Assembly: GCA_032718475.1 (NCBI GenBank)
Contig: JAUCBJ010007780.1
Span: 1-34,721, forward strand
Source of the DNA: Nemertoderma westbladi
Taxonomy: Eukaryota > Animalia > Xenacoelomorpha
Reading direction: 5' to 3'
DNA length: 34,721 bases
The first letter of the stretch is position 1. Every line of letters starts with the position of its first letter. Shown piece after piece: positions 11,374 through 24,251 of the stretch. Made by a program: the position numbers and the translations under genes. Under the pieces are notes generated by a model. That model was given only the letters and a program-made list of their open reading frames with translations, was not told where the DNA came from and ran no database searches.

Positions 11374-13350
11374 GGGGACCATTACCCCAAACGGAAGTGA
11401 AATTTTCGAAAATTTACAAACTGTTCAAAAAAAAATGTTTTTATCTGTTTTTGTAGTTTGATAGTTCTACTGTAGAAGGGCTTTCATGTGGTGACATCAG
11501 CCTTTCACCATTAAATTAATTTTGACCACAAAACAGAAAGTTGTTCAACAACAAAGCTGATATTTAATACCTAATATTCATGACTCTGTATAAAACATTA
11601 TTTTTCTCAGCTTGTCGATTTTGACATTTTTCCTCACTATAATTCCCTACTACTTCTTTATTTTTTACTCAATTCTCATCAAACATATACCAAAATGTTC
11701 AGCAGCTTTATGGCTACAATCGTGAGTCGTAATCAATCGTGTACAATCGAGGTATTGTTAAACATGGTCATTTGGATCTTAGAGAAACGATTTTGTAACT
11801 GCTACACTTTTTCTATCACAAAATATTTGATTCCTAAAATCTGGTTCGAACATACTATAACGTAAATTTTTCAAAAACAATAAATATGTGCAGAACTTTT
11901 TATAGAAGATAGTATATCGAGGTCCATTTTGCCAAGGTTTTGGACCGAGAATTTCAAACCAGGTGGGATTACTGATACTTACACATGAGATATTTTACAT
12001 ATATAAAGCCACAAAATTAATATAATTTTTGAAAAAACCGACCTGCACAAAAAGTGCCATTTTTTTGGAACAAATGGGTTTACAAAGTTATCCATATTCA
12101 GTTTTCATACTGACTTTAAGGGGATGATGAATGAAAATTTTTATGAGGATTTCAAAACTTTTAACCGTTTGTTATTAGCTAATGTAGTTCAAAGTTATCA
12201 TTAATAATGTTAACCTTACTCTGTTTGACTGTCGGTCCTTGTGCCTTGTATATCGGTCCTTGTGCCTTGTGTAACGGTATGTCGGTCCTTGTATATCAGA
12301 TGGTACTGTATGTCTGTCAAAATATAAGGACAGCATGCCACCTAGACAAATATTTTGTTATGGGGTGTTCCTGGATGCTGATTTCATTTTTGATGTCAGT
12401 TTTCACTTTTATCGAAAACTATTATATCTTTCTGTCGTTCCGACAACCTGTCTGCCAAGACAGACGAACAGACCGACAGACAAACGTGCAGACAGAATAC
12501 ATTTCATTAAAAGTAAAAATAGGCATCGGAAATGAAATCAGCGATCAGGAAAACCCCCGTAGGAAATATTTTAGCTACTTTGGGAAGCTTTGTATTATTA
12601 TTATTGTATGTTCTTATATATTAACAGACAAACCCTTGGACAGACAACACGACCCAGAGACAGACTGACTGACATACGGACAGATTAGGCTCAGTCATAC
12701 ATTTAAAATGACCTCAGAAATGATATCAGCGACTTTGAAACCCCCTTTGCGAAAATTTTATCTAGTCGGTGAGCCTTTAAATAATTTGACTGACGAGAGA
12801 AAAATGCGTTAGTGTTAGAAATATGTTTATAAACTTTAAACCTATTTTTCTCAAAACAACAATTTTCAAATGAAAAACGCTATAACTTCATAAAAAATGT
12901 GGCCACTGATCTGATTTTTTGCACAATCAATCCATATCATATACTTAACAATTCGTACAGACAGAATTTTGAAACCTAAGTTTGCCATATTATTACCTAT
13001 TTTTGAACATTTTCTATATTTTGGTGCTAAAATAGTGCGTTTTGGTGCTTTTTGTACTTCCCGAACAGATATCAAAATTCTGTCTGTACAACTTGTTTAG
13101 AGCATTACACTGACTGTTTCTGTGAATGTTTTACAAATTCTGGTAATTTTTAAAAAGTTTTAGCACTTTTTTTACTTTTTGTAATTAAAAAAAAAAATTT
13201 AATTTTGAAATTAAAAAAAAATTTTTTTTGAAAATTATCACCCTTTCTACTCATCCTGTTAAAATTTGTTGATAATTAAACTTTTAATTGATATCGACTT
13301 TCAAAAATGTATGGTCAATTACATACCCCCCCCCCCCCCCCTCCCCTTAA
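11370..13350. mobile_element. Cluster of non-autonomous DNA-transposon relics with TTAA-GGGGA / TCCCC-TTAA ends (Kolobok-like) plus a GACA-microsatellite element (~12430-12690)
   Basis: TTAAGGGGA at 11370 and 12116, TCCCCTTAA ending 13350; internal inverted segment gtacagacagaattttg / caaaattctgtctgtac; (GACA)n-like runs. Boundaries approximate. Confidence 0.45.
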
Positions 13351-13455
13351 CTTCATATGAAAGGAATAACATATTAAATAGTTGGGTAAATGACAGTAAG
13401 TAATACAGTCTCGATAATGATAAAAATACAAGTAATTCAATTTCGTGTCAAATAT

Positions 13456-15141
13456 CTAATTATTAGTTTGGTTGAAAAATACTTTTTTGGTTAACGTTGT
13501 TTCCGGAAGAGAAACCTGTTTGGATAGGTCTTCGAAAGTTATGTTAGTTAACCTTCGGTTGACTTCGGTCAAAATCGAAATCAGGTCGTGTTTATTCGCA
13601 TACTCGTTGATACAATTACACAACTCCTTTATGTAATATCCTCTGTAGGACAAGTGACCAGGCGTGGTCGAATGGGCGATTAGGAAGTCCTGCTCCGAGG
13701 CGACGTAATGCGATGGGGCCCCGACGCTGTCAGTCGGAGGCAATTTCGCGCTCTCCATAGACTTCAGCCCCATGCAAGCCTGGAAAAAGAACATTTTTGG
13801 TTTCCACGCCAATTTAGGACAAACTGTGGCCTGGAAGTGGGTGGTTAGTTGAGAGTATTCAATGGGTATACTGTCAGATCCAAATAGGAAGCCATCCTTT
13901 CCGTGTGTCATTATGAAACAAATAAACGAGTCGCAATCTTTGTGGTATGGTTCCCGGGAGGTATAACATAGAACGCTGTAGAGATCCTCCGCTGTCAAGT
14001 CGAGTCTAATTGCCACCTTGTAACCAAGATTTCTGAACGTATTCTCCAGGCTTTTGACATCTTCCTCGCTTCCCGTTCTATCCTCCAGATTTTCGTCATC
14101 GTGATTTGTTTTCGTAAAGTGGTAATTGTTTATAATAAGACACAATCCATGAGGCCTTTTGGACATATCATATTGAAAATCTGGTCCTTCGCTGAAGGAT
14201 GTCACAATATCCTCCTGTACAGATTGCCTATCTGCAACCTGATGGTTGTCTCCAAATATTTCATTTTTGACCAATGATTCACTGGCCCCTAGCGTAGGCG
14301 CAGTGTGATTGTATCTTTCTTGCGTCTCCTCTTGATACGATTGCCCCACTTCACTGACAACAAAACTCTTATGAAGTTTTGCGAACCATACACTTCCGGT
14401 ATATTTGTCCACTTTAATTTGTGTCTGTCTTAGATGAGCGTTTGCGCCAACAAAATCAGCCAAGACAGAGACATCCTTCTCGCTAATGATTCTAGACTTT
14501 TCTAGAATGCGTATGAGTCCTATAGTATCGGAAACCTGATCCCAATCACAGCGAGGTGTTACGGAATTCCACGTCAGACACTTGAAATCATTAAAATCCT
14601 TTTTGGTAAAATCTTTAATAACCTCGTAAAGCAGCGCCCGATATGGCGAGATGTGGGTGAAGGGATTCTGATGGATTTTGTATTGTATTTTTAGACGATC
14701 CGTATTGAATATTTGAAGTAGGTCCATTCGTACCACCATGTACAGGAGAATCTCCAAAAATTCCGTGTTATTCTCATCAATGAGCCCTATTCGACAGAGT
14801 TCTTGGAGCAGTTTCTTTCCCGAGTCAATTTCTTCCAGTCTGCTTTCATAGATTTTATCGGAACACAAGAACTTCATGCGTCGAATGTCGCGTCGATTTA
14901 GATTGTTGGCCACTCGTTCTAGTTGATTTTGGAAAGTTCCATGGTGGATTCGTACCGCATCCACCGGTGGATTGTTGACATAGCCTCTCTCGGGATTCAT
15001 TGGAGGAGGAGAGTCATCAGTTGGAACACTTCTCATAGTTGCCATGACAATACGATGACGTAGATGTTGTTTAAACAACGTCTTATTTTGACCAAAATAC
15101 GAAAAATGTTTATTAATTTTAGTTTTTTCATGTACACTCAT
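13456..15141 (-). CDS. CASP8: Caspase-8/10-like initiator caspase (two death effector domains + peptidase C14), single exon; probable start at Met33 (15045)
   Basis: DED1 (MKFLC...RMDLL, RxDL motif), DED2 (ISPYRALLYEV...), p20 (PHGLCLIINN, DRTGS, catalytic His in IMTHG, KPKMFFFQACMG), p10 (QDFLIAHST...SYR...DLISILTEVN...TLTKK). Orthology among CASP8/CASP10/CFLAR was not tested. Confidence 0.93.
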   Translation of the reverse strand: MSVHEKTKINKHFSYFGQNKTLFKQHLRHRIVMATMRSVPTDDSPPPMNPERGYVNNPPVDAVRIHHGTFQNQLERVANNLNRRDIRRMKFLCSDKIYESRLEEIDSGKKLLQELCRIGLIDENNTEFLEILLYMVVRMDLLQIFNTDRLKIQYKIHQNPFTHISPYRALLYEVIKDFTKKDFNDFKCLTWNSVTPRCDWDQVSDTIGLIRILEKSRIISEKDVSVLADFVGANAHLRQTQIKVDKYTGSVWFAKLHKSFVVSEVGQSYQEETQERYNHTAPTLGASESLVKNEIFGDNHQVADRQSVQEDIVTSFSEGPDFQYDMSKRPHGLCLIINNYHFTKTNHDDENLEDRTGSEEDVKSLENTFRNLGYKVAIRLDLTAEDLYSVLCYTSREPYHKDCDSFICFIMTHGKDGFLFGSDSIPIEYSQLTTHFQATVCPKLAWKPKMFFFQACMGLKSMESAKLPPTDSVGAPSHYVASEQDFLIAHSTTPGHLSYRGYYIKELCNCINEYANKHDLISILTEVNRRLTNITFEDLSKQVSLPETTLTKKVFFNQTNN

Positions 15142-15410
15142 ATCGACATATTTATGTGAATAATTTATTAATTAATTTAATTATTTCATGCTAATCTACA
15201 GTCTTATCAGAATAAACTTATTATTATCTGGAATTATTCAGTAATAGTGTTATCTAAGCAAATATCCCCTTTATAATATTCAATTTCCGCCGCAGGAATA
15301 AATATCGCATATATATATATTCCTTGCCAATATAAAATTCCCACATGAATAAAGACTGTCTTGAGGGTCGGGTGGGGTAATTACAGTACAACATGCTAGC
15401 CATTATTTAT

Positions 15411-15420
15411 GGAGTTTCCC
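15411..15420 (-). promoter_or_regulatory. NF-kB consensus site upstream of the caspase
   Basis: Minus strand GGGAAACTCC fits GGGRNWYYCC, ~370 bp upstream of the probable ATG; a weaker GGGAATTTTA lies at ~15333-15342. Confidence 0.4.
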
Positions 15421-15510
15421 TTGTCATATTCCGGTGAGTTTATGAATAAGCGCAGAATTTAATACAGACAAGTACAAACATAAACTGGCACTACATTGAA
15501 ATCGAATAGG

Positions 15511-15670
15511 ACACGTTCGTGGGGCCTTCGCGCAGCGCGAGGCTCACCTATGAGACACAAATTATAATTGAGCGATTTTATCATGAAATATGTAGGGTAT
15601 TTGATAAATTTAACCAAACCGCCAATCAATAAAATAAAGGGGTACAGTACGTGTTACTCCCCTTTTAATC
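15511..15670 (+). mobile_element. Diverged terminal fragment of the Helentron/DINE-like family arrayed at 18602-24251
   Basis: acacgttcgtggggccttcgcgcagcgcgaggc...acagtacgtgtt aligns by eye to 20156-20310. Confidence 0.8.
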
Positions 15671-16315
15671 TGCACACAAACCCAAATTGCTACGAAGTTA
15701 GTATGAATTGGTCTAAACTTGCCGTTATCTAGTAAGAGTTAACTAAGATTTTCCCAAAATCGTATTAAAATAACTTAGGAAGCACTTTACTGCTTTACAC
15801 TTACTTTACTGGAGGTACAGTATATAACAGTAGGCCTAACAATATTTAACAAATAGGTTGAATAAGATGTTTCAGTATTTCATATTTTCCATTACGCTAG
15901 TTCCGCTTGTTTACAATTCAACTAGTTTATTTATATAAATCCTTAAACTAAGTTTGAGAAGTATTTAGTATACTTAAAGAAATGCTACCGGTACACGAAG
16001 AAGCGATGCTCCCTATGTTTGGGTCCGGTCTGGGAATCAGGCCAATCGCAAGTTGGCTGAGGAGGACATATTATGTATTTATACCTTCCACGTTTTTCTT
16101 TACTTGAGTTTTTTTAATGATGACTAATAATAATAATTTGCTTTTAAACTTTTATTTTGTGTTTATAATAGACTGTTTGGGGCTAGCCACGTGAAATAAA
16201 TTCACGGTTTAACAGCTGAGTAAATATTAGTAAAAGTCGCGCAGTATCAATATTCTAGAATAGATTGAAAGAGCAAGCCAAACAAAAGTAATTCAAATTC
16301 TAGAAAATGTTAATG

Positions 16316-17040
16316 TCCAGGTGAACCTTAGCGTAGGGGTATCATTAGTGGACCCGTCCGTCGCTGTCGTTGTCGGAAATGTTTTAATGCTAATAAGTAG
16401 GTCAATCATGGATGGAATAGAACCAAACTTGGTACACATGTAGTCTATCATACTTCTGTAGTTCATCCAATTGACAGAAACTTAAAAGTAGCTGTAATTA
16501 TAGAACCAACCATCAGATTCATCTGACATTCGGTAGGAGTGACCTACTGAATAAATAAATGCTGCTCAAAGACAGACTTTTACAGTTCCTCTGTCTGCCG
16601 CTAGGGGGCGAATAACTAAGTCCACAAATTGCACCTCTACGCAAAGGCTCATCTGTACTTACTCATCTGTCAGCTGGAGGATCAGTATATTAACTAAGCT
16701 AAAACTATTTAATATTAATACAATAATAAATTATCCCTATAAATACACGGCGTCTTATCGTTTTGTTATCTTTCACCTTACTATTAAAAATGTGACGAAA
16801 AATGCAAAACTTCTCGAAAAACTTATCTACCATCATCGGGACACGTTTGTAAACTCATGGTGTTTTATTTAATTTATGATATTTTGCTGCGACGAATATA
16901 AATTACTTTACTATTAATGGAAACTTATTCGTAAACTAACATACAGTATTATCAAGCAATGCCCATATATTTAGGTCCGCGTAACGAGACCTCTAGTATT
17001 CACTCCGTTATTGTTGTTGTTGTTGGTGCTGTTCATTTCG
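16316..17040. mobile_element. Two DINE-1/Helentron-like (HINE) remnants (~16316-16680 and ~16971-17040)
   Basis: GTCC/GTCG microsatellite followed by ccaaacttggtacacatg; hairpin aggtc...gacct followed by tagtattcactccgtt(gtt)n, the latter also present at ~5876-5920. Confidence 0.45.
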
Positions 17041-18601
17041 CGTACCGAGTTCAATCGACCCATTCCAATGAATGTTTTTTGTTGTAATATTGGTAGTAAG
17101 TCATTCAAGGAGACACAGTTCATACCTTAGTAGTCGCGGACATTTGCGCGATATCGCGATTGTTATGTTCGTTGTTGTTAAGAAAACCTTTATTGTTTTG
17201 AGGTTTAACCTCGTTTCTACCTCATAACATACAGTGGACAGTATAAATTTATCAATGTTCTTTCATTTGTATCGTTTATACGCTGCCCAACAAATATAAT
17301 ATTTTGTCTTGGAATACATGTACTACAACATAGTTTGGTGCTATATATTATGCAATGCAACACACAACGTCATACATACTTATGCAATTTTTACATAGAA
17401 TATTGAAATGTGCTATCAACTTAGAGAAACATTAATTATACTTATACAAATTTTACAGTACAGAAGATAATTGTGTTAATCTAATTTTATAAATCATTGC
17501 ATATACTGTAAGTATGTTGTACTCGTGAGGGTTTGTTTGTTTTAGGAATAGAGAATAATATGATATCAATAAATTACTGAAACTAGCTATTGTTTTGGAT
17601 ATAAAATTACACCACTGTTAACTGACCATTTCTATTAAAATATTTTAAATTAAATTAAAACACCCCACATTTAAACACACTAGACACATACTGTAACTGG
17701 GGCTTGCGATCATTTTGCGCCATGAATTTCAGATGTTACTATGCATGTTCCTTTAAATATGTGTAATAGTGTTACATTGATGCTATTTGAGATGAAATAC
17801 AGTCGATATTTTGTAACTAAAACTATTTTTAATTTGTAAAGAAGACATGGACCAGATATAATTATTACTAAACAGGAACACGAAAGATAAAGGACCCAGC
17901 CATAACGAAACAGGAACACGAATAAGATAGGGCCATACTTAATAAGTGTTTGCAAGTTACTTGCTATAAATGGTTTAATGAATTATGAAGGACTTTGCCA
18001 TACTTAATAAGTGCTTTAACAAATGCTTGCTTGATATACAGGAAAAGAAAGTTACAATGACTGGCCATTATTAATGAGTACTTGACTATGGTGGCCCATG
18101 AGTATCACACAGAAATACATATTAAATTAAATTTTTTTAAAATAAATACATCAAAATTAAAAAAAGTAATGAAAAAATTCATAAAAAAAAATTAAAAAAA
18201 TATAATAAAAAATTATAATAAAATAAATTAAAAAAAATAATACAAATGCTTGCTAAACTGAAAAACAATTGGTTTTAAATTTTTCAAGTTTGAATATGTA
18301 CTTGATTGAGTACTTACGATTAAGTACTTGATTTACTGGTTGATCCAACTACTTAACACGAACTTAAAAATTTTAATAAGAATTCTGACCCGGGAAGTAG
18401 GATCTCGGAACCAGTGTCGAAATTACTAGCTAAACCTACCTAAAGCACTAGCTATCATAAAATTTAGTATCTTGCTTAACAAAGGATGCTTCAATATGTC
18501 CATTGACCAAATTGCAGAAAATGAAAATTTATAGAACTCTCCCCATATCAATATCAAATATTGCCATTCTGAAAGTCGGCCTTCAGTTATTTGCAGTACT
18601 A

Positions 18602-21600
18602 ACACGTTCGTGGGCCCTCGCGCAGCACGAGGCCCAGTTATTAGATACAAATTAAAATTGAGCGACTGTATCACAAAATCAGGTTTTGAGAAATTTACCC
18701 ACACCACCAATCAATCAAAGAAAGGGGGACAGTACGTGTTCACCCCCTTTAATCCCCCCCCCCCCCCCCAACCTTCCCAACCACCAATACATAACCGGGA
18801 CATCTACCACCCACGGAAGGGTAGCACGAACTTATTTCCAATCGCACGTTAAATATGCAAAGCCAGGTGGTTTATAGGAATATAATAAACGCAGTACTCG
18901 TTTTCATTATAAGCCTCTTTGCGTTCGTCCTGTTTTGTATTTAAATATATTTCTTAAACGCAGGCTGACGATATTTATAATAATAATAACTAGGGATGCG
19001 ATCAATATGTGAAGCCAGGTGGTTTATATAATAATTTAGTCAACGAGGTACTCGTCTTCATTATATGCCTCGTTGCGCTCGTCGCTTGTCCTGTTTTGTC
19101 ATAAAATATTTTTCCTAAACGCAGACTGACGATCTTTATACAGTTATAACTATGCGAAGTTTCGAAACTGTGCGATACATCTATGTGGAGATGTGTGATA
19201 TGTGGAGATGTGTGATACAACGCCAACGCATCTTATGCCGATGTAGTAATATGGGTATTGAAATAATATTAAATCAATGTACACTCTTAAAGCTGCAGCG
19301 AAAAAATGTAGCTAATTTCCTAGGTTACATATAAAATAATAATATTATTTTTAAGAACATTAATTTTACTACTTTGCAAAAATTCAATTAAAAAATAACC
19401 AGACATATATACATTGTGGAATAAACTATTTCAGATAAGCCTACACAACAGCCATGCCATGGATGGTATTTATGTTATTATATCTGTCATTTACCTGAGA
19501 TAGCAATACAACACTTATAGTAGAGTCAATACAGGAAAGATGTTGGGATGTTGGAATGCTGCCTGGGCTGGAATAGCAATACTGGTTGCCTATTACAGTA
19601 CAATTCCTCTCTGGTTAGTCTACAGCCACAACTCCAAGCTAGCTCCACACCAGCAGAGACATGATCAATAATCATTCCCAGCAACTAGCTGCTGCCTTAC
19701 ACACACATCCTTCCATCTTACCAGCATGTTAGCCAATAAATGAGCAGTATTTAATGAGAATCAATTTTTTATGACGTTTTAATTACTTTAGATCAATTAA
19801 AGACACAATTAATAAAGCAAATCACTTGAACTAATTAAAAACTATAATAGAATGGGGTATGTGGATTACATCTGTATAATTTTTAATTATAATTATTTAA
19901 ATCTTATACTGTAAAACAATTAATTTCCTTTAAAAGGCAGGTTGAAAATGGTGTTTTTACCGTAATAACTTAATTAACTAATTAACTGCTATTATCTTAG
20001 CTTCTCGAAGGCCACAAGGAAATTCTACTTGGAAAATTTCTAAACTTTTGCCAAACAACATGTGTACCAAGTTTGGATAGATTTCATCAAAGATTGGCCG
20101 AGTTATTAACGTTTAAAATTGAACACTGCAAAAAAAGCGACAGAACGACAGAACGACACGTTCGTGGGGCCTTCGCGCAGCACGAGGCCCAGTTATGAGA
20201 TACAAATTAAAATTGAGCGACTGTATCACAAAATCAGGTTTTGAGAAATTTACCCACACCACCAATCAATCCAAGAAAGGGGGACAGTACGTGTTCACCC
20301 CTTTTAATCTCTCCACCCCCCCCCCCCCCCACCCTTCCCAACCACCAATACATAACGGCGACATCTACCACCCACGGAAGGGTAGAACGAACTTATTTCC
20401 AATCGCACGTTCAATATGCAAAGCCAGGTGGTGTATAGGAATATAATCACCGCCGTACTCGTCTTAATTATTATAAGCGTCGTTGCGCTCGTCCTGTTTT
20501 GTATTTAAATATATTTCCTAAACGCAGACTGGCAATCTTTATAACTATGGATACGTGCAATATGCGAAACCAGGAATGGTTTATACGAATATAATCAATG
20601 CAGAACGCAGTACTAAATTCAGTCGATGCAGTAATGATATTCAAATAATTAATTTATTAATACCAGTACCCTCTGTTAATGCCTCAGTGTAAAAACTTAG
20701 ACAATTCAACTACAAAGAAATCCCATCAAAAAATAATAAGCCCAATATTTATGAGGAAAAAACAAGTATGGATATAAATAAGCCTCCTGCAGTGGTAAAA
20801 TGTTATAACGAACCTGTCTTTAGACTGGGTAGTTTTTGTCTAAAGCTGAGGCCGGCAAAAACACGATGGATATATTTACCTATGTATATCACTATATATG
20901 TCACTATATCACTCACTATGTATGTTCACCAAATGGCTTGAAACCACTTGCATGCATTGTAAAATTGTAAACGCAAGTATTTATCAATTGTTGTCTAGTT
21001 GTTGAATAAAAAAGTTGGGAACGATTCGAAGTGCGATATTCGAAATATTTGCATATTTTCAACATTATTGAACGCGAAATTAAATACCCACAACTCCCTT
21101 GCTTGAAATGTTTTTCAGGTGATTGATATTTAGCAATTATTATGAGGTTACTTACTACTGAAATCTGACAGAATGCCAAACGTATTATTATAGTTCTATC
21201 TCTATTCAGCCAGTTAGTGTAATGTCAAGCAGTACATCATTTATATATCGTATGTATCTATAGGGCCTAATTGTCATCGTTATAATACTGTCATCAACTT
21301 AGGCTAAGCTCAATTGTAATGCAAAGGCTTAGTAGGTTTTGTATATCTGGGACGTTTACAACAGCTGTCGATTAAACTAACAAAACCATAAAACTGAACC
21401 AGGGTGGCTGCCAGCCGGGTACCAACGGCTGTTGGGTAGACTTAAGGGAACATTTCACAAACTTTCATAGGATGCTTGTACATGTACATTATATTGGTTG
21501 CTCCGATGTTTTTATTAGGCTAACTGAGAATGTATCAGGTATAAATACTGTAATTAGTGTTCTTTATTTTATTTATCTAATACAGAAAAGACCCCTCCGC

Positions 21601-24251
21601 AGAATAAACTGCTCTTTTGGGCCGTTTCTCAGGTTGCGGATATGGATACCATTTCACACATCATCGTAGTAATTGTGATTATGATTTGTTTGCCTAGGCG
21701 AATGTGTATTACATTAGATGGGAGGCAGTTTTTTGGTTGATGCAAGTCATTCTTGGTTTGCATCTTCCAATCCCATCTGTTTCTTGGAGTCTGTGTAAGA
21801 CAGGTTCGTTTAAAGCCATCTTGATGGCGTTCTAGTTGACTGACATTTATTAAATGAGATCTGTCTAACACACAATAACACAATAATAGACTGAATAGTA
21901 GGGAATTGCTAGCTATGGCCAATCTGTCTACCGGCCTGTACACATGTGGTTACTTACATTCGCATTCCCATTGAAGAGCAACTGGCTGTTCTACACACAC
22001 CAAACATCCTTCCTATCTATCCTATTTACCAGCACCGAGCCAACTTGGATGTTAACCAATAAATGAGCAGTATTTAATGAGAATCAATTTTTTTGCCGTT
22101 TTAATTACTTTAGATCAATTAAAGACACTAATTATTAAAGCAAATCACTTGAACTAATTAAAAACTATAATAGAATGACGTATGTGGATTACATCTGTAT
22201 AATTTTTAATTATAATTATTTAAATCTTATACTGTAAAACAATTAATTTCCTTTAAAAGGCAGGTTGAAAATGGTGTTTTTACCGTAATCAACTTAATTA
22301 ACTAATTAACTGCTATTATCTTAGCTTCTCGAAGGCCACACGGAAATTCTACTTGGAAAATTTCTAAACTTTTGCCAAACAACATGTGTACCAAGTTTGG
22401 ATAGATTTCATCAAAGATTGGCCGAGTTATTAACGTTTAAAATTGAACGCGACAGAACGACAGAACGACAGAACGACAGAACGACAGAACGACAGAACGA
22501 CAGAACGACAGGTTGATTAATGGTACCACTACGCTAAGGCTCACTCACTTCGTGGCTCGCCCCACAGAACGACACGTTCGTGGGGCCTTCGCGCAGCACG
22601 AGGCCCAGTTATTAGATACAAATTAAAATTGAGCGACTGTATCACAAAATCAGGTTTTGAGAAATTTACCCACACCACCAATCAATCAAAGAAAGGGGGA
22701 CAGTACGTGTTCACCCCCTTTAATCCCCCCCCCCCCCCCCCCCCAACCTTCCCAACCACCAATACATAACCGGGACATCTACCACCCACGGAAGGGTAGC
22801 ACGAACTTATTTCCAATCGCACGTTAAATATGCAAAGCCAGGTGGTTTATAGGAATATAATAAACGCAGTACTCGTTTTCATTATAAGCCTCTTTGCGTT
22901 CGTCCTGTTTTGTATTTAAATATATTTCTTAAACGCAGGCTGACGATATTTATAATAATAATAACTAGGGATGCGATCAATATGTGAAGCCAGGTGGTTT
23001 ATATAATAATTTAGTCAACGAGGTACTCGTCTTCATTATATGCCTCGTTGCGCTCGTCGCTTGTCCTGTTTTGTCATAAAATATTTTTCCTAAACGCAGA
23101 CTGACGATCTTTATACAGTTATAACTATGCGAAGTTTCGAAACTGTGCGATACATCTATGTGGAGATGTGTGATATGTGGAGATGTGTGATACAACGCCA
23201 ACGCATCTTATGCCGATGTAGTAATATGGTTATTGAAATAATATTAAATCAATGTACACTCTTAAAGCTGCAGCGAAAAAATGTAGCTAATTTCCTAGGT
23301 TACATATAAAATAATAATATTATTTTTAAGAACATTAATTTTACTACTTTGCAAAAATTCAATTAAAAAATAACCAGACATATACATTGTGGAATAAACT
23401 ATTTCAGATAAGCCTACACAACAGCCATGCCATGGATGGTATTTATGTTATTATATCTGTCATTTACCTGAGATAGCAATACAACACTTATAGTAGAGTC
23501 AATACAGGAAGGATGTTGGGATGTTGGAATGCTGCCTGGGCTGGAATAGCAATACTGGTTGCCTATTACAATTTCTCTCTGGTTAGTCTACAGCCACAAC
23601 TCCAAGCTAGCTCCACACCAGCAGAGACATGACCAATAATCATTCCCAGCAACTACAGTAGCTGCTGCCTTACACACACATCCTTCCATCTTACCAGCAT
23701 GTTAGCCAATAAATGAGCAGTATTTAATGAGAATCAATTTTTTATGACGTTTTAATTACTTTAGATCAATTAAAGACACAATTAATAAAGCAAATCACTT
23801 GAACTAATTAAAAACTATAATAGAATGGGGTATGTGGATTACATCTGTATAATTTTTAATTATAATTATTTAAATCTTATACTGTAAAACAATTAATTTC
23901 CTTTAAAAGGCAGGTTGAAAATGGTGTTTTTACCGTAATAACTTAATTAACTAATTAACTGATATTATCTTAGCTTCTCGAAGGCCACAAGGAAATTCTA
24001 CTTGGAAAATTTCTAAACTTTTGCCAAACAACATGTGTACCAAGTTTGGATAGATTTCATCAAAGATTGGCCGAGTTATTAACGTTTAAAATTGAACACT
24101 GCAAAAAAAGCGACATAACGACAGAACGACAGAACGACAGGTTGATTAATGGTACCACTACGCTAAGGCTCACTCACTTCGTGGCTCGCCCCACAGGTTG
24201 ATTAATGGTACCACTACGCTAAGGCTCACTCACTTCGTGGCTCGCCCCACA
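18602..24251 (+). mobile_element. Head-to-tail array of three non-autonomous Helentron/DINE-1-like elements (18602-20155, 20156-22565, 22572-24251)
   Basis: Each unit starts ACACGTTCGTGGG plus a GC hairpin, has ~150-bp internal repeats, and ends with tgtaccaagtttgg...(GACAGAAC)n; units 2 and 3 add the tail ...ctcacttcgtggctcGCCCCACA. Short subterminal IR GTGGGGC/GCCCCAC. Units 1 and 3 are near-identical. No transposase ORF. Confidence 0.75.
22449..22511. repeat. (CGACAGAA)n octamer microsatellite
   Basis: About 8 perfect copies; shorter versions at ~20138 and ~24111. Confidence 0.95.

Noticed and set aside
12207-12668. 153-aa hydrophobic ORF
   Set aside because: Runs through short tandem repeats and GACA-microsatellite transposon relics; no domain recognised.
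19123-19175. CTGACGA...GAAAC hammerhead-like words (also at ~23101)
   Set aside because: No stem II or stem I/III pairing around the core words.
18426-20446. Short ORFs repeated in the tandem array
   Set aside because: They recur only because the non-coding element is duplicated; poly-C length variation shifts frames between copies.
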